Source: an uncultured bacterium (GTDB lineage Bacteria; Chlamydiota; Chlamydiia; Chlamydiales; SM23-39). From it: a stretch of DNA of 64,000 nucleotides. The first letter of the stretch is position 1. Each line of letters starts with the position of its first letter. The translations under genes were made by a program, and so were the position numbers. Shown here piece after piece: positions 46,968-57,651 of the stretch. The stretch covers positions 736,001 through 800,000 of the forward strand of contig OY970323.1 of assembly GCA_963716985.1 (NCBI GenBank). The letters run 5' to 3'. Below the pieces are notes generated by a model. It did not search any database, was not told where the DNA came from, and saw only the letters and a program-made list of their open reading frames with translations.

Positions 46968-48669
46968 TTAGTTTGATGAACGCGTCTTTTAATGTTGGAT
47001 TGGGATTTTCTTCTGTTTTGGAAACATCCTTCAAATCATCGGGATTTCCCATATAAACGATTTTGCTTCGATAGACGAGAGCGATGCGATCGCAATATTC
47101 TGCCTCGTCCATGAAGTGGGTGGTGACCATAACCGTAATGCCCTTTTCCACAAGGGCATTGATGTGGTTCCAAAATTCTCTTCGAGTCAACGGATCGACG
47201 CCCGAGGTGGGCTCGTCTAAGAACAAAATTTCCGGGCGGTGCATGCAGGAACAGGCCAGGGCAAGCCGTTGCTTGAAGCCGAGAGGCAAAGATTCCGCTG
47301 TAGTATTGAGATATGGATCGAAGTTGAAAATGTGGATCATCTCGTCGATTGCCTTTTTTTGTGTGGGTCCGGAGAGGTTGTAGACGCCGGAAAAAAAGAT
47401 CAGATTTTGCATCACGCTCAAGCTGCCGTAGAGAGAAAATTTTTGCGCCATATAACCGATTTGCGCGCGCGCTTTCCCCGGAGCTTTTTGCAAATCCAGA
47501 TCATTCACCGAAGCTTTTCCTTCTGTGGGTTTGAGCAGTCCGCACATCATTTTAAAAGTGGTCGACTTCCCGGCGCCGTTGGGACCGAGCAGGCCGAAAA
47601 TTTCTCCTCTCCGTATTTGAAAGGAGATTTGCGAGGCGGCGGTAAAAGAGCCAAATTTTTTCGTAAGATTTTCTGTGACTATGACGATTTTGGATTTGTT
47701 GTTGATCGAAGGAAGTAGAGTCGCAAGTTCTGATTTTCCTCCGGGACCTCCTCCTAAAATATCGATGAAGGCATCCTCAAACCTTGGGGCGGCATCTTCC
47801 AGCTTCGCATCGCCATTGACATGGAGTTCTCGAATGTTGAAAGAAGAGGGATCGGGGATTTTTAGCACAACGCGGACGTCTTTGCCTTGAATGACTCCAT
47901 CGATCACGTTTTTTTGGCACAGAGCTTTGGACAAAACTTGGCGGCGCCCTTTTGCGATGTTAGTGATTTTAAAGACGCGGCCCTCGACTCTTCTTGTCAG
48001 ATCCTGCGGCCTGCCACTATAGAGCAGATGCCCTTCATTTAATAAAAGGACGGTATTGCACTCTTCGGCCTCATCCAAATAGGAGGTGCTCCACAAAACC
48101 GTGATGCCCTGGTGCAAAAGATCTTGGACCATCTTCCAGAGCTCTTTTCTGGAAACGGGGTCTACGCCGGCGCTGGGCTCGTCTAATAGCAAAAGCTTTG
48201 GTTTTCGGAGAAGGGCGCAGGCAAGTCCGAGTTTTTGCTTCATACCGCCCGAAAGATCGCCTGCGAGTCTTTTGGTAAAAGGCTCAAGATTGGTAAATTT
48301 TAAGAGTTGTTTAAAGGAGGCGATGCGCTTTTCCCCGACGACTCCGCTCAAATCGGCATAGAGATTTAGATTTTGGAGAACCGTCAAATCTTCGTAGAGG
48401 CCGAATTTTTGGGGCATATAGCCTGTCAGATAGTGGATATGATTGGAATCCTTGATGCTGTCATGCCCCTGAACGGTAATATGGCCCTGCGTGGGCAGTA
48501 AAAGTCCGGCCATCAGGCGGATCAAAGTGGTTTTTCCGGCGCCGTCCGGCCCTACGAGTCCTACGATTTCGCCCTTTGGAATGGAGGCGGTAATTTCTTT
48601 TAGCGCAGGCGTTAATTGGGAGGAAAATTGCTTGGAAAGGTTGTGAATTTGGACGAAATCCTCACTCAC
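46936..48669 (-). CDS. ybhF: Dual-domain ABC ATPase (YbhF-like)
   Basis: Two Walker A motifs (GPDGAGKTT, GPNGAGKST); LSGGMKQKL and LPLGFKQRL signatures. Confidence 0.9.
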   Translation of the reverse strand: MSEDFVQIHNLSKQFSSQLTPALKEITASIPKGEIVGLVGPDGAGKTTLIRLMAGLLLPTQGHITVQGHDSIKDSNHIHYLTGYMPQKFGLYEDLTVLQNLNLYADLSGVVGEKRIASFKQLLKFTNLEPFTKRLAGDLSGGMKQKLGLACALLRKPKLLLLDEPSAGVDPVSRKELWKMVQDLLHQGITVLWSTSYLDEAEECNTVLLLNEGHLLYSGRPQDLTRRVEGRVFKITNIAKGRRQVLSKALCQKNVIDGVIQGKDVRVVLKIPDPSSFNIRELHVNGDAKLEDAAPRFEDAFIDILGGGPGGKSELATLLPSINNKSKIVIVTENLTKKFGSFTAASQISFQIRRGEIFGLLGPNGAGKSTTFKMMCGLLKPTEGKASVNDLDLQKAPGKARAQIGYMAQKFSLYGSLSVMQNLIFFSGVYNLSGPTQKKAIDEMIHIFNFDPYLNTTAESLPLGFKQRLALACSCMHRPEILFLDEPTSGVDPLTRREFWNHINALVEKGITVMVTTHFMDEAEYCDRIALVYRSKIVYMGNPDDLKDVSKTEENPNPTLKDAFIKLIEEHDAKNPL

Positions 48670-49520
48670 TTGTCCTCCCCTTGATTTTTTTCAATATTCA
48701 GCTTCACCGTGACGGGCATTCCCTGCTTCAGGAAATGATCGGGATTGTCCACGTAGATGCGCAAGCGATAGACAAGGTCGGTGCGCAGAGAGGTTGTTTG
48801 CACTGTTTTTGGCGTGAATTCCGCCTCGGGAGAGATAAAGCCGATCTTCCCTTTATAGATCGGGCCGCCTTTGGTATCGGTGATGATTGCAGCGCTCATG
48901 CCATAATAGATTTGGCCCAAGTGGGGCTCTTCCACATAGGCGCGAATCCAAACGGGAGAGGCGACGGAAAGAGTGTAGACGGGTTCTGATGGCTGCAGGA
49001 CGGATCCCGGCTCTCGTATGCGAGTGAGGATGGTGCCGTCCGTTGGCGCGAATGCTTGCGTGTATCCAAGATTGTCGAGCGCGACTTGTAATTCGGCTTC
49101 TGCCGCAGTTAAATTGGCTGCGAGTGCATCGCGGCTTGCTGTAGCGTCATCCAGATCCTCTTGAGAAACGCCGCCGAGGCCGATCAAATTTTGTCTTCGA
49201 TCGACCAGCACCTCGGCATTTTTCAAATTGACCCGGACTGCCTCTGCATTGGCAGACGCGAGCCGTACCTGGCTGTTATAAGGGGTTTTGTCCAGTTGGG
49301 TCATCAAGGCTCCCTTTGTAACGAAATCTCCTTCTTCAAAAACGAGCTCTTCGACCTGTCCTGGGACGCGGAAGGCGATATCGACCTGCCGCACGTCGAC
49401 GTTCCCATAGAGGAAGAGTTCCTTTTCGTTGCGCAGTGTCTTGGAAAAAAAATAATAGGTGAGGCCAACCGCCCCTGCGATGGAAACCAAAAAAATGAGA
49501 ATGATGAACATGCGCTTCAT
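48666..49520 (-). CDS. ybhG: HlyD-family membrane fusion protein (YbhG-like)
   Basis: YGNVDVRQV, AEFTPKTVQT..LRTDLVYR and GMPVTV motifs. Confidence 0.88.
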   Translation of the reverse strand: MKRMFIILIFLVSIAGAVGLTYYFFSKTLRNEKELFLYGNVDVRQVDIAFRVPGQVEELVFEEGDFVTKGALMTQLDKTPYNSQVRLASANAEAVRVNLKNAEVLVDRRQNLIGLGGVSQEDLDDATASRDALAANLTAAEAELQVALDNLGYTQAFAPTDGTILTRIREPGSVLQPSEPVYTLSVASPVWIRAYVEEPHLGQIYYGMSAAIITDTKGGPIYKGKIGFISPEAEFTPKTVQTTSLRTDLVYRLRIYVDNPDHFLKQGMPVTVKLNIEKNQGEDK

Positions 49521-49744
49521 CTTAAAATCATGAATGTGTCGACTTAATTGTTCTCATATAAGGATATTAGAATGTTTTCAATGATTTTTTTGCATTTTTT
49601 TTAAGCTTGCTAAAAATGTTTTCGCATTAGATTAAAAAATATCAAGAATGTTGATTGCCGAAAAGATCTCGATTTTTCATTTGTAAATAATCTAAGCAAA
49701 TAATAATTAAAAGAGATGAAGGCAACGTCCCAAGAGGTAGAGGC

Positions 49745-51130
49745 ATCGCGAACCTTTTTGTTAAGAAGACACCCGCCCATCTGAATCGGTCTGCGAAAGA
49801 AGGATCGCTGAAGAAGTGTTTGTCTGCTTTTGATTTGGCGGCGATTGGATTCGGCTCGGTGGTCGGAACGGGAATTTTTGTGGCCACGGGGCAGGGAGCC
49901 CATCTTGCTGGTCCGGCCGTTTTGATCTCTTTTATCATTGCTGCGGTCACGGCGGGGCTTTGTGCTTTAACCTATTCCGAACTCGCTTCCATGTTCCCAT
50001 CGGCCGGAAGTACCTATTCCTATGCCTACGTGGCCTTTGGCGAAATCATTGCCTGGATGATCGGCTGGAACTTGATTCTGGAATATTTAGTCGCGGCAAG
50101 CGCCGTTGCTTCGGCTTGGTCGGCGATTGTTGTGAGTCTTTTGAGAAATGCCGGAATTCCTATTCCAAACCTCATTTCGGATTCACCCCTCGATGGCGGA
50201 ATTGTGGATCTCTTTGCAGTGCTTGTCACTTTTTTTGTGACGGCTCTTTTGTATATTGGCATTAAAGAGAGCGCTCGAGCAAACAACTTGATCGTGATAT
50301 TGAAGATTTTGGTCATCCTTCTATTTGTTGTTTTGGGATTTTCCCATATCGAGCTGCCCCATTTCAAGCCGTTTACTCCTCTTGGATGGCAGGGGGTGAT
50401 GCAGGGAGCTGCGATTATCTTCTTTACCTATTTGGGATTCGATGCAGTTTCTACTGCGTCTGAGGAGACAAGAAATCCCAAACGCGACGTTCCGATGGGA
50501 CTGATGCTCTGTTTGGCTGGTGTGATTGTGATTTATATTTTGGTTGCAATCACTCTTGTAGGAATGGTTCCCTATCAGCTCATCGACGTCAAAAATGCTC
50601 TGCCCTCGGCTCTTGCAAGAGCGGGCATCCAATGGGGAAGCGCCCTTGTGGCGGTTGGCGCCATTGTGGGAATGATTTCCACTCTTCTCATCACGCTTTA
50701 CGGACAGGTCCGCATTTTCATGGTCATGGCGCGAGACGGTCTTCTGCCCAAAACCTTTGCAAAAATTCACCCGCGCTACAAAACGCCTCATATTTGTACG
50801 GTGGTCTCGGGTCTTGTTGCGGCGATCATTGCGGGAGTGCTTCCGCTTCCTTTGATCATTGACCTTTGCAATATCGGCACCCTTTCGGCATTTATCGTGG
50901 TTTCCATCGGCGTGATCGTGCTTCGCAGAACGATGCCCAATTTTGAGAGGAAGTTTCGCTGTCCCGGCGTGCCCTATACTCCTTTGATCACCAGCTTTTT
51001 TTGCCTTTTCCTGATGGTCCATCTACAAAAGATTACCTGGATCAACTTCACACTCTGGCTCATTGTTGGCCTTTTCATCTACTTCTTCTACGGAATGCGC
51101 CGCAGTCACCTGCAAAAAAAACAAAAATAA
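49745..51130 (+). CDS. APC-family amino acid permease; apparent start is a non-canonical ATC at 49745
   Basis: GSVVGTGIF, AGSTYSY, GFDAVST.SEE and MARDGLLP motifs; the frame is open upstream of TTG 49820 with NLFVKK...LKKCL. Confidence 0.9.
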   Translation: MANLFVKKTPAHLNRSAKEGSLKKCLSAFDLAAIGFGSVVGTGIFVATGQGAHLAGPAVLISFIIAAVTAGLCALTYSELASMFPSAGSTYSYAYVAFGEIIAWMIGWNLILEYLVAASAVASAWSAIVVSLLRNAGIPIPNLISDSPLDGGIVDLFAVLVTFFVTALLYIGIKESARANNLIVILKILVILLFVVLGFSHIELPHFKPFTPLGWQGVMQGAAIIFFTYLGFDAVSTASEETRNPKRDVPMGLMLCLAGVIVIYILVAITLVGMVPYQLIDVKNALPSALARAGIQWGSALVAVGAIVGMISTLLITLYGQVRIFMVMARDGLLPKTFAKIHPRYKTPHICTVVSGLVAAIIAGVLPLPLIIDLCNIGTLSAFIVVSIGVIVLRRTMPNFERKFRCPGVPYTPLITSFFCLFLMVHLQKITWINFTLWLIVGLFIYFFYGMRRSHLQKKQK

Positions 51131-51297
51131 TCTGAAAAAAATCCGGGGAAAACTCTCCGGACAGAACGAGCTTTTTTCTTTCTTTAAAAATCCCCTTTAT
51201 TTTCTTATCAAATTTTTAAAAAAATCTTTATGAATTGACAAACAAAAATTTATTTTTTACTTTTTTTGCGTTTCAATTTTTCACAAAGGAGGGTGTT

Positions 51298-51702
51298 ATG
51301 GATATTGATGTAATAAGTTCAGATTCGATTCAAGACACAAGCTATGGTGAAGAAGTACAAAAAGAGGATTTCGAAGAAAAAACTTCCTCGATTTCTTCTT
51401 TTGCAAAAAAACGCATTGAGGCGAGTGTGCATCCGGCAGGTTCCTTGAAAGCTCCGGTTGTTTTATGCGCATCGAGTCGAGAAGAGAATCGCAGGGATTG
51501 GGATTGGGAATGGGATGCTGGCTTGGGTTGGGACCATAAAAACGGCGATAGCTTCAAAAATGATCGAAAAGAACTAGATGTTGGAGTGACCGCATCCCAT
51601 AAAAATGAAAAAGGGGATACCGATATGAAAGGTAGTGTGACCTTTGGAAGAGATAATCAGGGGAATATGTCGGGCCGAGTGGATATTGGAAGCAAATATT
51701 AA
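51298..51702 (+). CDS. Hypothetical protein
   Basis: AAGGAGG RBS; acidic N-terminus; beta-rich C-terminus. Confidence 0.55.
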   Translation: MDIDVISSDSIQDTSYGEEVQKEDFEEKTSSISSFAKKRIEASVHPAGSLKAPVVLCASSREENRRDWDWEWDAGLGWDHKNGDSFKNDRKELDVGVTASHKNEKGDTDMKGSVTFGRDNQGNMSGRVDIGSKY

Positions 51703-51721
51703 TTTCCGATTGAACTGAAAA

Positions 51722-51751
51722 ATTTAGGGGTGAATGATTTCACCCCTAAAT
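51722..51751. terminator. Hairpin/terminator
   Basis: ATTTAGGGGTGAA-TGAT-TTCACCCCTAAAT. Confidence 0.65.
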
Positions 51752-51778
51752 GGAATCAAAAAAAGGAGAGGAAAATAG

Positions 51779-52696
51779 ATGAAAAAAAATTATGTTCGCC
51801 TCGCTGGCCTCCTCATTGTTTTAGGGTTTTTTTCATTGATCGCGTGGTATATTTTTGCTCCGAGAAATGTTTGTAATATTCCCATTGAGTTTTTAGACGA
51901 TTATGATGCGGCCTATACAACCATAAAGATAGAAGGTCAAAAATATTTTCTTCTATTTGATACAGGATCGTCTTACCACTCTTCACTTAAAAAAGAGATT
52001 TTGGAAAAACTAAAAAAAACACCGCATGGAACGATTTTTTGGTACGACTTTAAAGGAAACCGATATGAATCGCCCAACTATATCCTCCCCAAGATCTCTA
52101 TTGGGAAAGCCGTTTTTACCAATATGTGGGCGCGTGAGCGTAGTATGGAGTGTGTTCGAAATAGGAGGCATTCAAAAGATCCCAGAGCATATGAAGAATA
52201 TGACAAGAAGATTGACGGCTCTTTGGGACCCGATTTATTTGCAGCAGTACATTTTTCGCTCTTTTTGGATCTGGGCCAAAAAAAAGCCTTCTTGATCAAG
52301 GATATTCACCGCTTTCATGAAGACGGAATTTCTATTAAAAATATGATCAAAGTTCCAATAAAAAACATGTATTCCGGGCTTTGCATCCAAGTGGAGACAG
52401 ATGCGGGAAAAAAATATTTCGTTTTAGATACCGGCGCTACGAGAAATTTTATTAAAGATTCCCTTGCGGAAACGAAGCTTTATAAAGAATCTCATCCGGA
52501 AGAGAAAAATTTCACCTATTCCAAGTTTGTGATTGGCGATAAGGATTTTGGCGGCGAGAAGTTTTATCTTTTAAATATTGGTCCTCACGTAGAAGGCGTT
52601 GATGGAGCTTTGGGAATGAGTTTTTTTAAGAAATATGTCGTTTTATTCGATTTCCCAAACAGCGTTGTCTATATCGGACCGAGTCAAAAAAAATAA
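51779..52696 (+). CDS. Membrane-anchored double retropepsin-like aspartyl protease
   Basis: Two D-T-G motifs (LFDTGS, VLDTGA) each followed by a DGxLG motif; N-terminal TM. Confidence 0.8.
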   Translation: MKKNYVRLAGLLIVLGFFSLIAWYIFAPRNVCNIPIEFLDDYDAAYTTIKIEGQKYFLLFDTGSSYHSSLKKEILEKLKKTPHGTIFWYDFKGNRYESPNYILPKISIGKAVFTNMWARERSMECVRNRRHSKDPRAYEEYDKKIDGSLGPDLFAAVHFSLFLDLGQKKAFLIKDIHRFHEDGISIKNMIKVPIKNMYSGLCIQVETDAGKKYFVLDTGATRNFIKDSLAETKLYKESHPEEKNFTYSKFVIGDKDFGGEKFYLLNIGPHVEGVDGALGMSFFKKYVVLFDFPNSVVYIGPSQKK

Positions 52697-52828
52697 AAGA
52701 GGCTGTTTTGAATTTCATTGGGAAACATTGTGGTGGACTGCGGTTGCAGGTAAGTTTTGCAGCGCAAGAAGCTGGCAAAGATTACATTCGACTGCTTGCT
52801 TTGATTCGATTTCCTGATGAAAATTTTT

Positions 52829-53932
52829 TCATGAACTTCGAGCAGTAAGATTTAATCTATAACGAGTATGGCGAAGTTCGCCTGTTTTCACTAGCGCACC
52901 TTTTTCGACAAGATCTGTTAAATCGCGTGTAGCTGTTGCTCTTGTGGTTTTTGTGATTGCGATATAATTTTCGGCACTCAGCCCCCCCTGAAAGCCATTT
53001 GGACCTTCGGCAAACATTCTTAGCAGAACCTTTGTTTGACGTGGATTGATTTGTCCGGAAAGAGCATGCAGCATCTTTGATTTTTCGATTAAGAAATAAA
53101 GCAGGCTCATCGATTCTTCATGTGCTTGTAAAACTGCATGGGCAAAAAATTCTACCCAATGTTGCACTTCCAAAGTTCGGTTACACTTTTCAAGGGCAGA
53201 GTAGTACTCTTTTTTCTGCTTTTCTAACATCTTGGAGATGGCAATCAAAATGGGTTGCCCCACGCCTTGAGAAAGAATCTTTTCTGCCAGAACACGGCCC
53301 ATTCTTCCATTGCCATCTTCGAAGGGGTGAATGCTTTCGAAATACATATGGGCAATGGCTGCCTGTGCCAGAATTGATCCGGAGGGGCTTGCAGAATGAA
53401 ACCAATCAATAAATGCTTCCATTTCAGAGAAGACTCTTTTTGAAGGGGGAGCTTCAAAGAAAACTCTCGAAGAATCATAACGATTGGAAACGATTTGCAT
53501 CGTCTCTGCATGAGTGCGATACTTTCCGCAATCGGTAATGCTGGATGAATCTTTAAATAGCATTGAATGCCACTGCCAGAGCATTTCATGCGTCAGCGGC
53601 TTATCAAATGTTTCATACACATTGCAAAGAAGTTGCGCCATCCGAGATTCTTTATCATTTTCTTGCCTTAGGGTAGTAGGGAATCCGAGGTGCTGCTTGA
53701 TGGAGGATTGCAAACTTTCTCGATTCAGGACTTCTCCTTCAATTCGGGAGCTTTCAAGACCTTCCGAACAAAGAATTTCAACGATAAAATGATTGTATTC
53801 TTGCTTCTCTATCGTTTTTAGATATGCAAATGCGCTGCCCACCCCCAAAAGAAATTGTCTTTCCAGTGCGGATATTTGATCAGGATCAAAATGAAATTTT
53901 GGCCAATCGGGCAGCTCCCAGTTCCAAGGCAT
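52829..53932 (-). CDS. Fic family protein (DUF4172 N-terminus, C-terminal HTH)
   Basis: HPFEDGNGRMGR; SSRIEG inhibitory motif; W.WELPDWP N-terminus; TRATATRDL HTH. Confidence 0.93.
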   Translation of the reverse strand: MPWNWELPDWPKFHFDPDQISALERQFLLGVGSAFAYLKTIEKQEYNHFIVEILCSEGLESSRIEGEVLNRESLQSSIKQHLGFPTTLRQENDKESRMAQLLCNVYETFDKPLTHEMLWQWHSMLFKDSSSITDCGKYRTHAETMQIVSNRYDSSRVFFEAPPSKRVFSEMEAFIDWFHSASPSGSILAQAAIAHMYFESIHPFEDGNGRMGRVLAEKILSQGVGQPILIAISKMLEKQKKEYYSALEKCNRTLEVQHWVEFFAHAVLQAHEESMSLLYFLIEKSKMLHALSGQINPRQTKVLLRMFAEGPNGFQGGLSAENYIAITKTTRATATRDLTDLVEKGALVKTGELRHTRYRLNLTARSS

Positions 53933-53950
53933 GAGTGATAGACCTCTCTT

Positions 53951-53985
53951 CTATAACTCATTTTGTACATAAAAATGAGTTATAG
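53951..53985. promoter_or_regulatory. Palindromic operator upstream of fic
   Basis: CTATAACTCATTTT-N7-AAAATGAGTTATAG. Confidence 0.65.
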
Positions 53986-54127
53986 GGCAAGATTTTATGA
54001 ATCATCGGCTGTGTGTTGATCATAAGCCTTTTATATTCTGTTTGATGCAAAATTATAAATGAAGCTTTTCTGCAGAAAAAAGGGATTATTCGGGAATATG
54101 AAGCGAGCAGGAGATGAATCTAAATTG

Positions 54128-54592
54128 CTAAGATCGAATCTTTTTAACAAATTCTTCTAATTTGCTCATATAGGTCCCGCTGTCAATTGTTTTGGCTTGA
54201 AAATCGACCTTGGCGACCACTTGCCCAATTAACAATTCCATTTGCGATAAAGCTTTCTCGCAACCGGGCGCTCCTTGAGTGCAAAAAATAGCGACTTTTT
54301 TGAAGTTTTTTTGATTTTCTTCAATATAGGTTCTCATGGCGGGAGTCATCGTGTTTGCCCAGACAGGAGTGCCCAAAATGACGAGATCATATTTTTGAGG
54401 ATCTTTGTGAAATTCGATCGTGGTTTTGTTTTTTCTATACGCATCTTTCCCGGAGACAAGCCAATTCCAGAAACCCTTTCGATTTTTCTTGTCGATGATT
54501 TCTTCTGTATCGGCGCGGAGGTGCTCAGCAAGAGCGTTTCCTACTGTTTTTGTATGGGATGTTCTGGAATACCAAACGACCAAATATGACAT
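54128..54592 (-). CDS. Flavodoxin-like protein
   Basis: YSRTSHTK, LGTPVWA and FCTQG motifs. Confidence 0.85.
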   Translation of the reverse strand: MSYLVVWYSRTSHTKTVGNALAEHLRADTEEIIDKKNRKGFWNWLVSGKDAYRKNKTTIEFHKDPQKYDLVILGTPVWANTMTPAMRTYIEENQKNFKKVAIFCTQGAPGCEKALSQMELLIGQVVAKVDFQAKTIDSGTYMSKLEEFVKKIRS

Positions 54593-54873
54593 AAAGCTTT
54601 CCGCAAGATTTGTTTTGCTTCTAAATAAGTTCACATGTGGGTCTCCTGTCCATGGTTACACAAACTTTCTTTAAACTTGCTCATCACTCTATACTGCGCA
54701 CTCTTCTAAAACGGGATGATCGTCGGTCTTACGACAAACGATCTCACCAATGATGTTATCGGTGATGATGCAGACCAAGCTTATAATCGGGCGTTTAGCA
54801 CCAATGCATTTCCGGCCTTTAAAGTCGTTGAAAGTTTGCTTGATTACCTGTAAGTTTTAGTTGATTTTTGTTT

Positions 54874-56283
54874 TTAGCAAGCTACTAGCCCATATCCTAG
54901 TTCTCGTGCTCGTTTCTGCAATGACAATAGCTGTCTTTCTTTATATGCCTGTTCGTATGCAGCTTGTCCAACTTCTGTAAAATTTTTGCGCTCTTTCAGC
55001 ATCGTATACAGAATTTTTGCAAGTTTATGTGCTGTCGCTGTGATCGCTTTTGGAGCACCGAGTCTTGATCGCATCCTACGAAAATAGGCGCCGAGGGCTG
55101 TTTTGGAGCGGTAAAGGGCATTGGCTGCTAAGCGTAATGCTTGTGCTGCCCTGTTGGCAGTTGGCTTGGTCTTGCCGCTCAAAATCTTGCCACCGGAAAT
55201 TTTGTTGCCGGGACAAAGCCCAAGCCAAGAAGCAAAATGTTTCGCACTCGGCCATTTGGACATATCCATGCCAATCTCTCCTAGAATTTTTATAATCCCA
55301 TTCACGTCCAGTCCGGGAATGTCAGTCAAGTTGACGTGAAGAATTCTTTCGAGAGAACCTTCTGCTTCAAAGTGATATGGACTGAGGTTGTATTTCGTCT
55401 TTTTCTGTGTTCCTCGCCCATTTTTACTTGAATGTTCTGCAGGAGTCGATCTTGGAGCCGGCATATTTTTTTTCGGTTGCGCTTCTTCCCATTTCTTCAG
55501 TACTTGCTCTATAGCCTCTTCGCACTCCAAAGCCTGTTGATGGAAAAAATCATAGGCTGCAAGAGCGTGTTTCAGCGCCAGTAGATGTTCCTCCCGATAG
55601 TTGCCATCGAGAGCTTTTGCAATTTCTTTTTCATCTTTTTTGCATCGACGATCTCGATATTTTGCTAAGACTAAGGGAGATCGTTCTCCAGAGACAATCG
55701 CTCGTATAATATTCATGCCTGTAGCGCCCGTAATGTCACTCACTACGTGATTGAGTTGGAGATTCATTTGCACGAGGGCTTTGTGCATCAATTGTACCTG
55801 CTGAGAGGCCAATTCAAACAAGCGACTTCTCTGTCTCACATATCCGCGAAGTATGACTCCTTCATCATCGGGGCGAAATGATCCTCTAAGTAATCCGTAG
55901 GCGTGTAACTGTTGGATCCATTGGCAATCTTTTACATCGGTTTTTCTACCCGGGACTGTTTTGAGGTAATATGCATTTACCAGCATGACATCTATCCCTG
56001 CCTGGGCCAAGATATCGTAAACCGGAATCCAGTATACTCCGGTAGATTCCATTGCTACGCTCCGGATCTCATTCTGTTGGATCCAGGCAAGCATGTTCTT
56101 GAGATCCTCTGTGAAGGTTAAATACTCGCGTATTTCTTGGTGCCCATCGGGAAAACCGATACAAATGAATACAGAGCTGGCTCCAATGTCTATACCGGCA
56201 ACACACGGATTTATGGGAGCCAATCTAAAATTAGATGCAGATGCAGGTTGAGTTTTTGGATATTTTTTGGTATTTTTTTTCAT
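54874..56283 (-). CDS. IS110-family transposase/recombinase
   Basis: GIDIG, AMESTGVYW, GRKTDVKD, WLGLCPGNKISGGK and ATAHKLA motifs. Confidence 0.93.
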   Translation of the reverse strand: MKKNTKKYPKTQPASASNFRLAPINPCVAGIDIGASSVFICIGFPDGHQEIREYLTFTEDLKNMLAWIQQNEIRSVAMESTGVYWIPVYDILAQAGIDVMLVNAYYLKTVPGRKTDVKDCQWIQQLHAYGLLRGSFRPDDEGVILRGYVRQRSRLFELASQQVQLMHKALVQMNLQLNHVVSDITGATGMNIIRAIVSGERSPLVLAKYRDRRCKKDEKEIAKALDGNYREEHLLALKHALAAYDFFHQQALECEEAIEQVLKKWEEAQPKKNMPAPRSTPAEHSSKNGRGTQKKTKYNLSPYHFEAEGSLERILHVNLTDIPGLDVNGIIKILGEIGMDMSKWPSAKHFASWLGLCPGNKISGGKILSGKTKPTANRAAQALRLAANALYRSKTALGAYFRRMRSRLGAPKAITATAHKLAKILYTMLKERKNFTEVGQAAYEQAYKERQLLSLQKRARELGYGLVAC

Positions 56284-56444
56284 GACAAACCTCTTTAGTT
56301 GATGTTGTTTCAAATAATCGCGTCGATCATTCTACAGAGGTTTGTCATTTTTTGGGGGTTTTACCGTATTCTTGTGACCTCACTTATTTTTAGATGTTGC
56401 CAGAGACACAGTCCCGGTGAGGAGCTTATAAGGATAACACAACC

Positions 56445-56792
56445 CTATTCTTTTTCGATGCCAATAAATATATCGAAAACAATTTTTTGTTCATCCGCTG
56501 CTCTTTCATCGTAGATTTCGTAATCGGTATCATAACAACGCTTTCCACCCAATTCTTTCGGGGACATTTTCCAAATTTCATTCCATGCCTTTACGAGAAC
56601 GTCCGGCATTGGAGCCGGACCGGGGTGAATTTTGCGTAGCTTTGTTTAGGGATCGTTAGTTTCACAAATCCTTTGGGCAAAGCTTCATCAAATGATCCAA
56701 CCTTTCATTGTATCAAGCTCTTGTTGATAGCTGGTGTGTACACAAATTCCAACCAATTGAATTTCAGGCTTCTCTATTATGGCTTGCCGCAT
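56445..56792 (-). pseudogene. GyrI-like small-molecule-binding protein, disrupted
   Basis: N-terminal EKPEIQLVGI..TSY, then stop/frameshifts; C-terminal PGPAPMPDV..AW..IW...DYEIYDER...DIFIGI. Confidence 0.7.
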
Positions 56793-56943
56793 GGTTTGAT
56801 TCCTTTTAGTTGGACAACTCTTTGACGAGTAGACCAAGTGCAGAATTTCAGGTTTGATGAACTTCCTTGCAAGGTCTAGTTGTCGATGCGATTCTTTAAT
56901 AGAAACCAGATTCTTGGAAATATAAAAACCCTGTTCAATTTCT

Positions 56944-57651
56944 TTAAAAAAAGCGATCGTAGACATACCTGGGCATCCACTTCAAGATCCATGCGATGAG
57001 TCTCCATCTTGGGGTAATGTATGCATGAACCTTTTTCCTTCGAATCGCTTGGAAGATCATCTCTGCTGCTTGTTTGACGGGAGTTACCCAAAATAAACCT
57101 TCGCCCTTCGCCATTGCTGTATCAACAAAACCGGGTTGGATATCAGTTACGAACACCTGCTTGTTTTGCTTAAAAACCTGATGCCGAAGACCCTCCAAGT
57201 AGTTCGAAACAAAGGCTTTGGAAGCACTATAACTTCCCCCTCCTCGAAGAGCTGCAATCGAGGAAATGCCCACTAAATGGCCTTTTCCTTGTTTCAAAAA
57301 ATGCTGCATAAAAACATTGGCTATTGAGCAAAAACCCAGAACGTTCACTTCGATTGTCTGCCTTTCTTTCTCCCAATCGAGTTCTGGATTCAAAAACCCC
57401 ACGCCTGAGCTCAAAATAGCAAGATTCACGCCTCCTATTTCTTGAATGAGGGCTTTCACCTGATCCATTGCTTCTTCTGTATGAGAAATATCCACTTGTT
57501 TGATGGTTATTTGCGACGGAAATTCCTTTTGTAGGGAAAGAAGAAGCTCTTTGCGGCGGGCGATCACACCTATTTCATAGCCCTCTTTAGCGAGAATTTC
57601 TGCAAGTTCTCGTCCCATTCCCGAAGAAGCGCCAATGATGATTGCTTTCAT
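56944..57651 (-). CDS. Short-chain dehydrogenase/reductase
   Basis: GASSGMG, ISSIA, YSASK and PGFVDT motifs. Confidence 0.92.
   Translation of the reverse strand: MKAIIIGASSGMGRELAEILAKEGYEIGVIARRKELLLSLQKEFPSQITIKQVDISHTEEAMDQVKALIQEIGGVNLAILSSGVGFLNPELDWEKERQTIEVNVLGFCSIANVFMQHFLKQGKGHLVGISSIAALRGGGSYSASKAFVSNYLEGLRHQVFKQNKQVFVTDIQPGFVDTAMAKGEGLFWVTPVKQAAEMIFQAIRRKKVHAYITPRWRLIAWILKWMPRYVYDRFF

Noticed and set aside
22977..51022. Numerous antisense and alternate-frame ORFs inside ileS, pncB, hcp, polX, the ybh genes and the permease
   Set aside because: They are shadow ORFs fully overlapping well-supported genes.
54700..54860. Possible coding fragment or IS110 right end
   Set aside because: An open plus-strand stretch with no recognisable family and no definable element boundary.
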